From Deltaproteobacteria bacterium (GTDB taxonomy: Bacteria; Desulfobacterota; Syntrophobacteria; Syntrophobacterales; Syntrophobacteraceae): a stretch of DNA of 64,000 nucleotides. The position numbers were made by a program, and so were the translations under genes. The stretch covers positions 842 through 64,841 of the forward strand of contig JAKAJS010000238.1 in the NCBI GenBank assembly GCA_021813685.1. The letters run 5' to 3'. Positions 1 through 9,048 of this stretch are shown piece by piece (position 1 is the first letter of the stretch; every line of letters begins with the position of its first letter). Below the pieces are notes generated by a model. The model did not search any database. It had not been told where the DNA came from and worked only from the letters and a program-made list of their open reading frames with translations.

Positions 1-42
1 AAAACGGCTGCCGCGTAGCCAAGCCACGCAGGGCGATTCGTT

Positions 43-2043
43 CTATCCCCTCGCATGAGATCTTTCCAATGTCTGCCCGGATTGCGCCCCGGGCAAACGA
101 ACGCTGAACTTCGCCCCTGCGCCGGGGGTGCTCGTAACCCCAATTGCCCCGCCATGCCGCTCGACGATTTTCCTGCAAATGGCAAGACCCATGCCCGTTC
201 CCTCGAATCGGCTGCTTCTGCCGTGAAGTCGTTGGAAAGGGGCGAAGATCCTGTCGCTATACTGCTCCTCGAACCCGATACCGTTGTCTTCGACGACTAT
301 GTGCAACTCGCCCCCGACCATGGCGCTCTCTACCCGGACCACGGGTGCCACCCCTTCCCTGTGAAACTTGAGTCCGTTTCCAATGAGATTTTGAAAGAGT
401 TGTCTCATCTGCGTGGGGTCGGCATGGACAACAGGAAGCTCTCCAATGCGTACTTCCCCCCCGGTGTTCCTGATTCGCACCTCCAGATCGCTCACCACCT
501 CCCGGACTATTTCCGAAAGGTCGGTTTGCGTAAACGCATCGGCCCGGGTTGTAACGCGCGAGTATTCCAGAAGCCCGGAAAGCAGGGACTGCATGCGTCC
601 GTTGGCATTGAGCACCCTGTCCAGGCAGCCGTTGCCCTGTTCTCCGAGCGACTCGCCGTACTTTTGCCGGAGCATGCCCGCAAAGGTCCCCACTTTGCGG
701 AGCGGTTCCTGCAAATCGTGCGAGGCAATCGAGGCGAAATCCTGGAGCGCCTGGTTGCTCTGCTCGAGTTTTTTCACAACTGTGCTGAGTTCGGCGGTGC
801 GCTCGGCCACACGCAGTTCCAGCTCGTCGCGGGCCTTGCGGGTTTCTTCCTCCATCCGCTTGCGCTCGGTGATGTCTTCGGTAAAGATCACGACACCCCC
901 GACATTCCCTTTCGAGTCGTGCCATGGTCTCACTTCCCAGCGCAGCCACTGGACGGAGCCGTCCATCCTCTCGAAGCGGTCTTCCTCAACCTTCAAGACT
1001 TCCCCGGTCAGTGCCCGTCGGTGAATTTCCTTCCATGCCTCGCAGATTTCCGGAAACACCTCGTAGTGGGAAAGGCCCGTAACATTTCGGTCTAAAAGGT
1101 TATACTCGCTTGCCCACCTGCGGCTGCAGCTCAGATAGCGCATCTCGCGGTCAAACATCGCAAGGGAGGCGGGAGCGTGCTCGATAAACAGGCGCAGTCT
1201 CTCTTCGCTTTCCTGCAAGGCCTCGGCCGCCCTTCTTTTCCCGGTAACATCATGGAATACGAGCACCACGCCGGAAACCTCCCCCCTGCTGTCTGCGATC
1301 GGGGCAGCGCTGTCTTCGATCGGAATCTCACGCCCATCCGGCGTCACAAGAACCGTATGATTCGCCAAACCCACTGCGGCGCCCTCCTGAAGCACCCGCT
1401 CGATAATGTCTTCGGCCGGGACGCGGCTCTTTTCGTCGATAACCCGGAAAATCTCCCGGATCGGCTCTCCCAGAGCCTTTTCGATCGACCAGCCGGTAAG
1501 AGCCGCAGCAACCGGATTTATGAAGGTCACCTTCCCCTGCTTATCCGTGCTGAGGACTCCGTCGCCGATGCTGGCAAGGGTGACTTTGAACCGCTCGCGC
1601 TGTTCGCGCAAACGCTCTTCGGCTTCTTCACGCTCGGCAAGAAGCCTCGCCTGCACCTCCAGGGCTTCCCGGGTTCGCACCTGAGCCCGCAAGGCGGCTT
1701 CGGCAAACCAGGAGATCAAAACACCGGAGGCCAGGAAAACCAATATGCCTATCAGATCGCGGGTGTTCTTCGGAGTGAACCGGCCGACCGGAGCAATCCA
1801 GAAATAACCGGCGAAGACGGCTGAAAGCCCCGTGGCAATCGATCCGGCGGACAGGCCTCCGTAAAAGGCGGCAATCGCCACGGCAGGGTAAAATGTGAGA
1901 AATGGCACGAAGAGCCCGAGAACTCCCAGAAAACCTAGGCGAACAAAGGCGGCGAGGATTGCGACAAGAGTTGCCACGACGCAACGGACCCAGAGCGGAT
2001 GGTTCCTGCGGTCCCATACCATGGTGATTTCCTGTTGTGACAT
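43..2043 (-). CDS. PAS/PAC sensor histidine kinase with N-terminal membrane (DUF4118-like) domain
   Basis: 4 TM N-terminus, two PAS domains, H-box ASHDLQEPLR, N-box NLIGNGLKF, G-boxes DNGIG and GTGMGLAI. Confidence 0.92.
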   Translation of the reverse strand: MSQQEITMVWDRRNHPLWVRCVVATLVAILAAFVRLGFLGVLGLFVPFLTFYPAVAIAAFYGGLSAGSIATGLSAVFAGYFWIAPVGRFTPKNTRDLIGILVFLASGVLISWFAEAALRAQVRTREALEVQARLLAEREEAEERLREQRERFKVTLASIGDGVLSTDKQGKVTFINPVAAALTGWSIEKALGEPIREIFRVIDEKSRVPAEDIIERVLQEGAAVGLANHTVLVTPDGREIPIEDSAAPIADSRGEVSGVVLVFHDVTGKRRAAEALQESEERLRLFIEHAPASLAMFDREMRYLSCSRRWASEYNLLDRNVTGLSHYEVFPEICEAWKEIHRRALTGEVLKVEEDRFERMDGSVQWLRWEVRPWHDSKGNVGGVVIFTEDITERKRMEEETRKARDELELRVAERTAELSTVVKKLEQSNQALQDFASIASHDLQEPLRKVGTFAGMLRQKYGESLGEQGNGCLDRVLNANGRMQSLLSGLLEYSRVTTRADAFTQTDLSEIVREVVSDLEVRIRNTGGEVRIGELPVVHADPTQMRQLFQNLIGNGLKFHREGVAPVVRVESAMVGGELHIVVEDNGIGFEEQYSDRIFAPFQRLHGRSSRFEGTGMGLAICRKIVERHGGAIGVTSTPGAGAKFSVRLPGAQSGQTLERSHARG

Positions 2044-2242
2044 GAGGAGATTTTAAAAAACTCCGTCACCTTATACCACGCACGGTGAGCGTAACCAACC
2101 GCAAACTGCCGGTGTCGCCTCCGGGTTTCCGGATGGACCCGTCGCGGGGCGTGTCGGACAGCAACAGGGTAAGGAGTTTGGTTATTCTTGGCATGCAGCC
2201 GGGAGTGACCCGAGGGGAGTTTGCCTGCTTTGTAATGCCGGC

Positions 2243-2803
2243 TCAGGCGAGCTCGATAAATTGTATCTCGATCCCCTGTACGCATTGCATAAGGATCCGA
2301 AAAAGACTCTCTGCGGGGATTCTCTGGCTGGGTCGGGCCGGGGTGAGGGTTGTCGTGTACATCCCGCAGAGGTGAATCTCGATATCCAGGCGGGGAGGTT
2401 TGTAGGCAAACGAGGCAAAATCTTCTCCTTCGACGTAGAAAAATTCGATGTAGACCGGGCTGCCCCTGTCTGTTGTGAAAAACCCCTGCCCCTCTTTTAC
2501 GATTCCTGTTGAATGCTCGCCCCAGTCCGGCTCCAGCCGGTAGCGTGCAAAGCAGTACAAAGACTCGATAACCGAGGGCTTGATCCTCACCCCGAACCCT
2601 TCGGCGATGTCCGGATAGCGCCGGAAGATATTTTCAAAATCCACTTGCAATCCGGGTGGAAGCTGCAGCATGATTTCATAGAAATTGGACAACAGGGGCT
2701 CGAAAATTCGCTGTACCGTATCGGCAGGCACTTTTCCCCGCAACATCTGCTTTCGAAAGCTGGAAAATAAAACGTCGGGAAATCTTTCAAAGACCGGATT
2801 CAC
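2243..2803 (-). CDS. hypothetical protein (186 aa)
   Basis: C-terminal part of ORF 2243..3088; GTG at 2803 preceded by GGAGAG RBS; protein-like composition, no recognisable motif. Confidence 0.65.
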   Translation of the reverse strand: MNPVFERFPDVLFSSFRKQMLRGKVPADTVQRIFEPLLSNFYEIMLQLPPGLQVDFENIFRRYPDIAEGFGVRIKPSVIESLYCFARYRLEPDWGEHSTGIVKEGQGFFTTDRGSPVYIEFFYVEGEDFASFAYKPPRLDIEIHLCGMYTTTLTPARPSQRIPAESLFRILMQCVQGIEIQFIELA

Positions 2804-2886
2804 TTCGCTCTCCCAAGGGAAATAGGCACAAAGACGGCCTGCGGCAATGCAAAGGGACAGTCCCCCGATACGCCTGTTCTGCGACC

Positions 2887-3723
2887 CTATTTGCAAAACA
2901 CGGCTAATACCTGTTCCAGTATAGACCTTCTGTGGTCGGCCAAAAGGCACCTGTTGACATGCTCCAGCCGGTTTTCCATGTTGAACTGGCGCTTGAGCTT
3001 GAGGGCGAATCGCCTTCTGTCCTCGCCCTGGAGCCAGCCAAAGAGGGTCTTCTCCCATTTGCCTCCCTCGAAGCCCGGGAGGCGGCATTCCTCATTGATG
3101 AGGGTTCCCTCTATCGTGCAGTCGAGCAATTGTTTGAATTTGCCGCGAAAGTACTCCGGCCCCTTTGCGCAGACCCGGGGTTCGGTCTTCACGATTTCGA
3201 TGGCCAGATAGATAAACCAGATCATCGAACGTAAGCGCATCGTCCTGTCCTGGTCCGGGCGCTCTTTGGGCTTGGCGCGGGAAAACATGTGCAGAAAACA
3301 GAGCAGGTCCTTTTCATCTTCGGCTCTCGATTGGTTGAAAAAACACTGTATCAGAATCTTAAGCGCCTCGTTCTGATGCGGAATCAGCACGCAGTCGTGA
3401 TCGGCCCGGCACTGGATTCCGAAGGAATCCTCGAGGATCACCTCCACGGTCTGCTGGTCCCGGAAAATCGTGAAATGCTCCGGGGTGATTCGCTCCGCCA
3501 TACGCTCGAGGGCGAAATTTATGAGAAATAAACGCACGGCCTCGTGCTTTGCGCCGTTCTTGGGGGTGCGCCCGGCAGTCAGATCCAGAAGCCGCTCCAC
3601 CAGGAGCTCGCGGTCGCTTTGCAGAATTTGCGCCATGGGCGCCAGCGAAGGCGCCGAGGACCAGGCGTGGATGTGGCTGTCTATCGTCGCGTTGATTCGG
3701 GTAATGTGTCTGGATAAAGACAT
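2887..3723 (-). CDS. hypothetical protein (~278 aa, predicted helical)
   Basis: Long ORF; ATG at 3723 preceded by GGAGAG RBS; no recognisable motif. Confidence 0.75.
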   Translation of the reverse strand: MSLSRHITRINATIDSHIHAWSSAPSLAPMAQILQSDRELLVERLLDLTAGRTPKNGAKHEAVRLFLINFALERMAERITPEHFTIFRDQQTVEVILEDSFGIQCRADHDCVLIPHQNEALKILIQCFFNQSRAEDEKDLLCFLHMFSRAKPKERPDQDRTMRLRSMIWFIYLAIEIVKTEPRVCAKGPEYFRGKFKQLLDCTIEGTLINEECRLPGFEGGKWEKTLFGWLQGEDRRRFALKLKRQFNMENRLEHVNRCLLADHRRSILEQVLAVFCK

Positions 3724-3828
3724 GCTCGCGCTCTCCATGGGGAGAAACAAAAGCCGCCCCGAAGACCGGACCGACGCCCGGCGATACCGTAAGACGCTGC
3801 ACGATGTAAAAAAGAAAACCGAAAAAGA

Positions 3829-3873
3829 GCGGGGGCTATCGCCCCCTGCACCCCCACGCCGCTGCGCGGCTCA
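3829..3873 (+). repeat. dispersed 45-bp twin-hairpin REP-like element, copy 1
   Basis: GCGGGGGCTATCGCCCCCTGCACCCCCACGCCGCTGCGCGGCTCA; near-identical copies at 13324-13368 (+) and 18723-18767 (-). Confidence 0.85.
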
Positions 3874-4185
3874 GGGGGCGCTTCGGCGAAAGGGCAACGC
3901 GCGCCGTGTGGCCCTGGTCGTCCAATTCCCGGGAGGGGACGGCTGGAGGACCTGTGGGAGCAAAAAATTATGCCATGACGCATTGCACGCACCTGGGGCC
4001 CACCCTACCACGGAATTTGCCCCCGGCACGCGAGATGGTAAAAAATTTGCCCCGCCTCACGCCTGCCGGCCATAAATCGGCTCGCGCGCACTCCGGGGAC
4101 ACGATTACCCCATTATGGCTGTTTTTGGCGGCCGCCTTTTCGTGCGGTCGTGCGGCCATCGTGACCAAACGGAGGGGTACCGGTG

Positions 4186-4260
4186 ATGAAGGGTTCATCG
4201 CCGCTTGTGAGGAGGGCTTCGGCGGGCATCGGGCGGGCGATTGCCCCGGCGTTGGGAAAC
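4186..4260 (+). pseudogene. N-terminal remnant of an SDR oxidoreductase, interrupted by the CRISPR array
   Basis: GGAGG RBS at 4171; translates MKGSSPLVRRASAGIGRAIAPAL, a degenerate LVTGASAGIGRAIARAL Rossmann motif (AGG AGG each one change from ACG GGG). Confidence 0.75.
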
Positions 4261-5372
4261 CGGTCAATCGCCCGAAGGCTCTTCTTATCTCTGCAACCCG
4301 GCGTGCAGGCGCGGAACGGGGACGGCTATAATGAGTCTCAATCGCCCGAAGGCTCTTCTTATCTCTGCAACGGAAGCCAAAGAGGCTTTCCCGGAACTGC
4401 TCTTTACTAAGTCTCAATCGCCCGAAGGCTCTTCTTATCTCTGCAACAATAAGATCGACGCCAACTCGATCAGCGATCCGAAGCAGGTCTCAATCGCCCG
4501 AAGGCTCTTCTTATCTCTGCAACTTAAAGGACAAGGAATACATTGGCTGGTTAGATATTTCGTCTCAATCGCCCGAAGGCTCTTCTTATCTTCTCAACTC
4601 GGATCGATGTCCTGAGCTCGAAAATGGCCAGAATAATCGAGTCTCAATCGCCCGAAGGCTCTTCTTATCTCTGCAACTACAGAAGTTCCCTTAAAGTGTT
4701 CAAAGAGCATGGTCTCAATCGCCCGAAGGCTCTTCTTATCTCTGCAACGCTTTCGGAATGAAGCCGACCGCCGAATAGAGGAGTATGAAAGGTCTCAATC
4801 GCCCGAAGGCTCTTCTTATCTCTGCAACCAGTGATTTGGTGTTACACCAATCCCGCTAGTTCGCATCGATTGGATGTCTCAATCGCCCGAAGGCTCTTCT
4901 TATCTCTGCAACTTTGCCAGAGACTACGATGGAACGCTTCACGTGTTTTTGTCTCAATCGCCCGAAGGCTCTTCTTATCTCTGCAACTCTCCTCAAAGAA
5001 GAGAAAAAGTGGTCACATCGAAGAAAGGTCTCAATCGCCCGAAGGCTCTTCTTATCTCTGCAACCATCAAATCTCCCGAGTATAAGGAGAGACAGAGGAA
5101 AGGTCTCAATCGCCCGAAGGCTCTTCTTATCTCTGCAACCAGTTTTGTGTAAAAGGTTGTGCCGAAGCGGCTAAATACGAGTCTCAATCGCCCGAAGGCT
5201 CTTCTTATCTCTGCAACTCAGCAATGACAGACCCACAATCCTTTTCCTCGATGAATTCAAGTCTCAATCGCCCGAAGGCTCTTCTTATCTCTGCAACCAA
5301 TATCACAATTAATGGGGGATACCTAGACCCACTGAGTCTCAATCGCCCGAAGGCTCTTCTTATCTCTGCAAC
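4261..5372 (-). CRISPR. CRISPR array, 15 repeats x 37 nt, 14 spacers of 34-47 nt; no cas genes in window
   Basis: Repeat (+) GTCTCAATCGCCCGAAGGCTCTTCTTATCTCTGCAAC starts at 4261 (degenerate), 4335, 4411, 4487, 4562 (variant end TTCTCAAC), 4641, 4712, 4792, 4876, 4951, 5028, 5103, 5181, 5261, 5336. The - strand reads GTTGCAG...GCC-TTCG-GGC-G-ATTGAGAC (UUCG hairpin, ATTGA.AC 3' end). Degenerate repeat at left, AT-richer leader at right. Confidence 0.98.
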
Positions 5373-5600
5373 AGTCCCTCTCTGGACGCGCTCCAGGCAA
5401 GGCCGCGTGGGACCGAAAACGGTAACCTCCTTTCAATCGCCCTTATTAACCCCGATTTTTCCATCACGATTCTATCCAGAACCCGTAAAAATCAAAACAA
5501 CTCAACACTTTGCAGGAAAGCGGTAACCTCGCCCGTTTTTCCCCAAAACGAGTTACCCTTCTAAAGTGTAATAAAATCGGAGTCTTGCGTCATCTTTTCT
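5373..5600 (-). promoter_or_regulatory. putative CRISPR leader
   Basis: AT-richer non-coding tract next to an intact terminal repeat; direct repeat CGGTAACCTC at 5420 and 5521; IHF-like ACTCAAnnnnTTG at 5500-5512. Confidence 0.65.
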
Positions 5601-5609
5601 CTCCGGAGT

Positions 5610-6126
5610 ATCTCAATGCGCTGTGCGCATCCGGCGCACAAAGGGTATATCCATAGCAAGTGGGTCCAAGACGGACACGCCCGCGCTTAAGCCGGGAACG
5701 CCCCTCTTCAGGACACACTGATCACCAGTAATACCATACCAGATCGCTTGAAACATTTCATCAACTGAATGCGCATGGATGTAGCCGGCGAGTAGTAGAC
5801 ATCGGCTCGGTCGTGGCACTGCGGACTCTTCGCCGTACGGGCGATTACCGATGGTTTGCGCATGGGTCTTATGGGGAAAATCATCCGGGTGACCACGATT
5901 GAACCGGGAATGGTGAAGACCGAATTTGCCCGGATGCGCCTGGAAGGCGATGAAGAGCAGGCTGAGGCACTCTATCGGGGGGGAACCGCTCCAGCCCGAA
6001 GACATTGCCGAGGCGGTGCTCTGGTGCCTGGAGCGCCCGCCCCGTGTGAACATCCAGGAGATGGTCGTTTTGCCTGCCGCCCGGGCAGGAGTGGGGCAGA
6101 TGTACCTGCAGCGGGAGGAGTCCTGA
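5610..6126 (+). pseudogene. middle and C-terminal remnant of a YdfG-like SDR oxidoreductase
   Basis: Fragments VVDIGSV, FAVRAITDGLRM...RVTTIEPGMVKTEF and, after a frameshift in a G7 run (5977-5983), EPLQPEDIAEAVLWCLERPPRVNIQEMVVLP; YxxxK segment missing; left boundary approximate. Confidence 0.8.
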
Positions 6127-6183
6127 GCCCGATGCTGTTGACTTTTAAGGGAAATCCCCCTAAGTCCCCCCCTTCCTGCAGCG

Positions 6184-6642
6184 CTACGGCATTAAAAAAA
6201 ATCCCAGGATCTTTCGGCTGTGTTCGTCGATATGTAAAAATTTACAACTGATTTCGTCTTTTTCTATGTTTGAAACCGATGCCGTACAGGTTACCGTGCC
6301 GTCTTGAATCGGAAACACGATCTTTATCGCCTGGTTCATTGCAAGCGGTTTCCCTGACAAATTCAAAAAACGCATCCCTTCTTTAGAAACATCAAGGACC
6401 TTGATATCGTTTTCTTCTTTTGCATCAATACTGCTGAAGTATTTGCCATAAGAACCGAGCTTCTTGCGATAATGCTGCCTCTTCTCAAAGAGTGCCGTGA
6501 ACGTATTGCCACAACCGCACGTGACTGTGAGCGAACGGGGGACGCGTCCGGCCTCGAATTGTACCGCAGTAGCCTTCCCGCACTGAGAGCAAACGGAAAC
6601 TCCGTTTCGCTCTTCATCCAGGTAAATCGTGATTTTTTCCAT
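6184..6642 (-). CDS. PilZ-domain protein with N-terminal zinc ribbon
   Basis: CxxC...CxC, then RxxxR (KRQHYRK) and DxSxxG (DVSKEG) c-di-GMP motifs. Confidence 0.85.
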   Translation of the reverse strand: MEKITIYLDEERNGVSVCSQCGKATAVQFEAGRVPRSLTVTCGCGNTFTALFEKRQHYRKKLGSYGKYFSSIDAKEENDIKVLDVSKEGMRFLNLSGKPLAMNQAIKIVFPIQDGTVTCTASVSNIEKDEISCKFLHIDEHSRKILGFFLMP

Positions 6643-6879
6643 ATACCCTTTTTACTCTCTCATAAGTAGCAGACGGTCTGAAATTTAGGTCGGAAAAGAC
6701 TCTAACGCACTTCAATCCGTGGTCAGAATACAATTTTTTACAGACAATCCGCAACGCAAACTTGCGTGAGGTTTATTTTTTTGCTTTACAATTAGTTCGC
6801 CCGGTGATAGGCGGATAGTTGCCTTACTGGCGATTCCCATTGAAAAAAGCGATCTTTATTGTGCGTAAGGAGAAAAGCC

Positions 6880-7038
6880 ATGCAATGGTTTAGCTTCCTG
6901 TCAGGCATCACCGTGGGGACACTTGCCGGCACGGTTATCTCGGCGTTTTGCCACGTCGCCGCAGATTCGGATCGGGAGGAAAATAGGGAGAAAGCCGCCC
7001 CGGTGAAGGCCTGCGCGGCCCGGCCGCACGTCAATTGA
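6880..7038 (+). CDS. small single-TM protein (52 aa, DUF3789-like), absent from ORF track
   Basis: AAGGAG RBS at 6867; MQWFSFLSGITVGTLAGTVISAFCHVAADSDREE...; Gly-rich TM helix followed by a charged tail. Confidence 0.6.
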   Translation: MQWFSFLSGITVGTLAGTVISAFCHVAADSDREENREKAAPVKACAARPHVN

Positions 7039-7082
7039 GCCGGTCGTCCGCTGCCTGAGTTGCTCCCATTCTCCCTTGGGGG

Positions 7083-7442
7083 CTAGAAGAGCCTGCCTCC
7101 GATTTTGGCGTCTGCGGCGGGGGAGACGAAGGTGGCTTCGCCGCTTTCGGCCTTCGGGAACTGAACGCCCAGCACCAGGGCTTCGGAGAGTATCTCGCCG
7201 ATTTTCCTTGGCGCAAAGTTAAGCACTCCCAGCACCAGTCGCCCCCTCACCTCTTCGATGGGGTGGTGTGTAAAGCGCCCGACACTTACGCGTCTTCCAA
7301 ATTTACCGAAATCGATGACCATCCTGTAGCTGGGCCTGGGAGCAGAAGGTTCGAGTTCCACCTCGACGATCCTTCCGACCCGAATCTCCAACCTGTCGAA
7401 AATCTCTTCTTTTTCCACAACGGGCAGGGTTTCCCGAGACAT
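7083..7442 (-). CDS. csaA: CsaA/Trbp111-like tRNA-binding OB-fold protein
   Basis: FDRLEIRVGRI, NFAPRKIG, SEALVLG, GGRLF signature. Confidence 0.85.
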   Translation of the reverse strand: MSRETLPVVEKEEIFDRLEIRVGRIVEVELEPSAPRPSYRMVIDFGKFGRRVSVGRFTHHPIEEVRGRLVLGVLNFAPRKIGEILSEALVLGVQFPKAESGEATFVSPAADAKIGGRLF

Positions 7443-7709
7443 GGCGCTTCCTCCGGTTCATGAGAATAAAGAGCGGCTTTTCCCGGCAAAATAGCGCCAA
7501 AAGCGGATTCGGGTCAATAGGGCGATGTTTGATGTCCCGGAGGTAAAATCGGTCGCAACCCCTCATGTGTATCCTAGGTCTGACTTGCCTCTTTACTGGT
7601 AGTTTCTTATCCTGTAATCGGTAGTCTCTTATCAAGTAAAAGGAATTCATAGCTGAGGGGTAACATTTACATCCGGCCTTCCGAGGTCTGGAATGAAAAG
7701 GAGAGGACT

Positions 7710-8705
7710 ATGAGGCGCACATTTTTCCTGGTCTTTGCAGTGCTGCTGCTGTTTCCGTTCCGTTCGACGGCGAGTTCGTTTACGCAAATGGTGGTATTCG
7801 GAGACAGTCTCTCCGACACCGGAAACCTCTACATCGCCACTGGCGGCACCCCGGCGCCGCCCGGGTACAGCTCGGGGCTTTTTACTGACGGCCCCAACAG
7901 CTATCCTTCCACCACCAGCCCGCTGGGTGTGTGGGACCAGCAGCTTTCAGGGATGCTCGGCTTGCCTTCCCCGACGCCCTATCTTACCGGCGGTACGAAC
8001 TACGCGTACGGCGGGGCTCTTACGGAGACTCCCACCGGTTCGAATATACCGGGTGTTGTGCAGCAGGTTGGCATCTATCTCGGCTCTCATACGCCTTCCA
8101 GTAGCGCCCTCTACACGGTTTGGGCCGGCGCAAACGACTTGTTCGCCTCCCCGACTGCATTGACCGCACAGACTGCGGTGAGCAATCTCCAAAGCAGTAT
8201 CAATGCTCTGTACGCCGCCGGCGCCCGCAATTTTCTGTGGTTGAATATGCCGCCGCTCGGAAGCACCCCCGACTTCCTGAATAATACCGTGTACAGCACA
8301 ATTTTCAATAATGTCTCCCAGTTGTACAATGCCGATTGGCGTCAGGCGATCAGTTCGTTGTACAAGACTGACCCCGGCATCCGCATCACTGGGGTCAATA
8401 TTTACGGTCTGGACGAATCCATCCTGGCCGACCCCGCCGCGTATGGTTTTACGGATGTTACCGATCCCGCGCAGGGGTTGAGCGGGGTGAATCCCAACGA
8501 GTATGCGTTTTGGGATGGCGTTCATCCCACTACCGAAGGGCACTACTGGATTGCAAGGACAGCTTACCAGGATCTGGTGCCCGAACCTCCCACGGTCCTG
8601 CTTTTTGGCATTTGTCTTCTTGCTGCCGTACTCTGGATGGGCCTTGTGAGCAGGAAAAGGTCCTTCTTGTGCAATATGCGACGAAGCGGAAAGGGTGTGG
8701 CCTGA
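7710..8705 (+). CDS. secreted SGNH/GDSL hydrolase with PEP-CTERM sorting signal
   Basis: Signal peptide, FGDSLSDTGN, GAND, WDGVHPT; C-terminal VPEP + TM + RKR. Confidence 0.92.
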   Translation: MRRTFFLVFAVLLLFPFRSTASSFTQMVVFGDSLSDTGNLYIATGGTPAPPGYSSGLFTDGPNSYPSTTSPLGVWDQQLSGMLGLPSPTPYLTGGTNYAYGGALTETPTGSNIPGVVQQVGIYLGSHTPSSSALYTVWAGANDLFASPTALTAQTAVSNLQSSINALYAAGARNFLWLNMPPLGSTPDFLNNTVYSTIFNNVSQLYNADWRQAISSLYKTDPGIRITGVNIYGLDESILADPAAYGFTDVTDPAQGLSGVNPNEYAFWDGVHPTTEGHYWIARTAYQDLVPEPPTVLLFGICLLAAVLWMGLVSRKRSFLCNMRRSGKGVA

Positions 8706-9048
8706 GTTCGAAGAGTGCTCGCATCCAGACGCGAACCGGCAACGGCGCCAGTTTCCCGGGATCCCTTTCGAAGGCTGTCGTCTGCACCCATTCCGGCAGC
8801 ACTGGCGCCCGTGCCCCCCTGGTCTTCAATTCAATTGAAAACTGGTGAAGCAGGCTCAACAGTTTGTCGATCGGAACTTTGTGCAATCGCCCTTTGTGCT
8901 TTCGCTCCGCTGCCCGAAATCTCCTTGACAGCTCCAAACGCCGGTGCTAGTCGTAACGTTTCTACAAAATTCACCCTTAATCAACGTCGGGGCGGACGAA
9001 AGCCGGCCCCAAAACAGGTACAACACTGCGACATGAAGGAGACGTCCC

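Noticed and set aside
2804..3088. N-terminal extension of ORF 2243..3088
   Set aside because: It overlaps the upstream gene in another frame; a better RBS and GTG exist at 2803.
2243..3723. Calling the two hypothetical genes cas genes
   Set aside because: No Cas1/2/6, RAMP G-rich loop, RuvC, HNH or HEPN motif is recognisable; kept only as candidates.
4234..4274. CGGGCGATTG inverted match to the repeat beside the trailer (possible anti-repeat/tracrRNA)
   Set aside because: It lies in the SDR remnant and encodes Arg-Ala-Ile; CGGGCGATT recurs at 5837 in another RAI context. Only 10 nt match and no class 2 effector is present. A role as insertion microhomology cannot be excluded.
4241..5526. 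ORFs with repeated LNRPKALLISAT / SQSPEGSSYLCN peptides
   Set aside because: They are translations of the CRISPR repeats.
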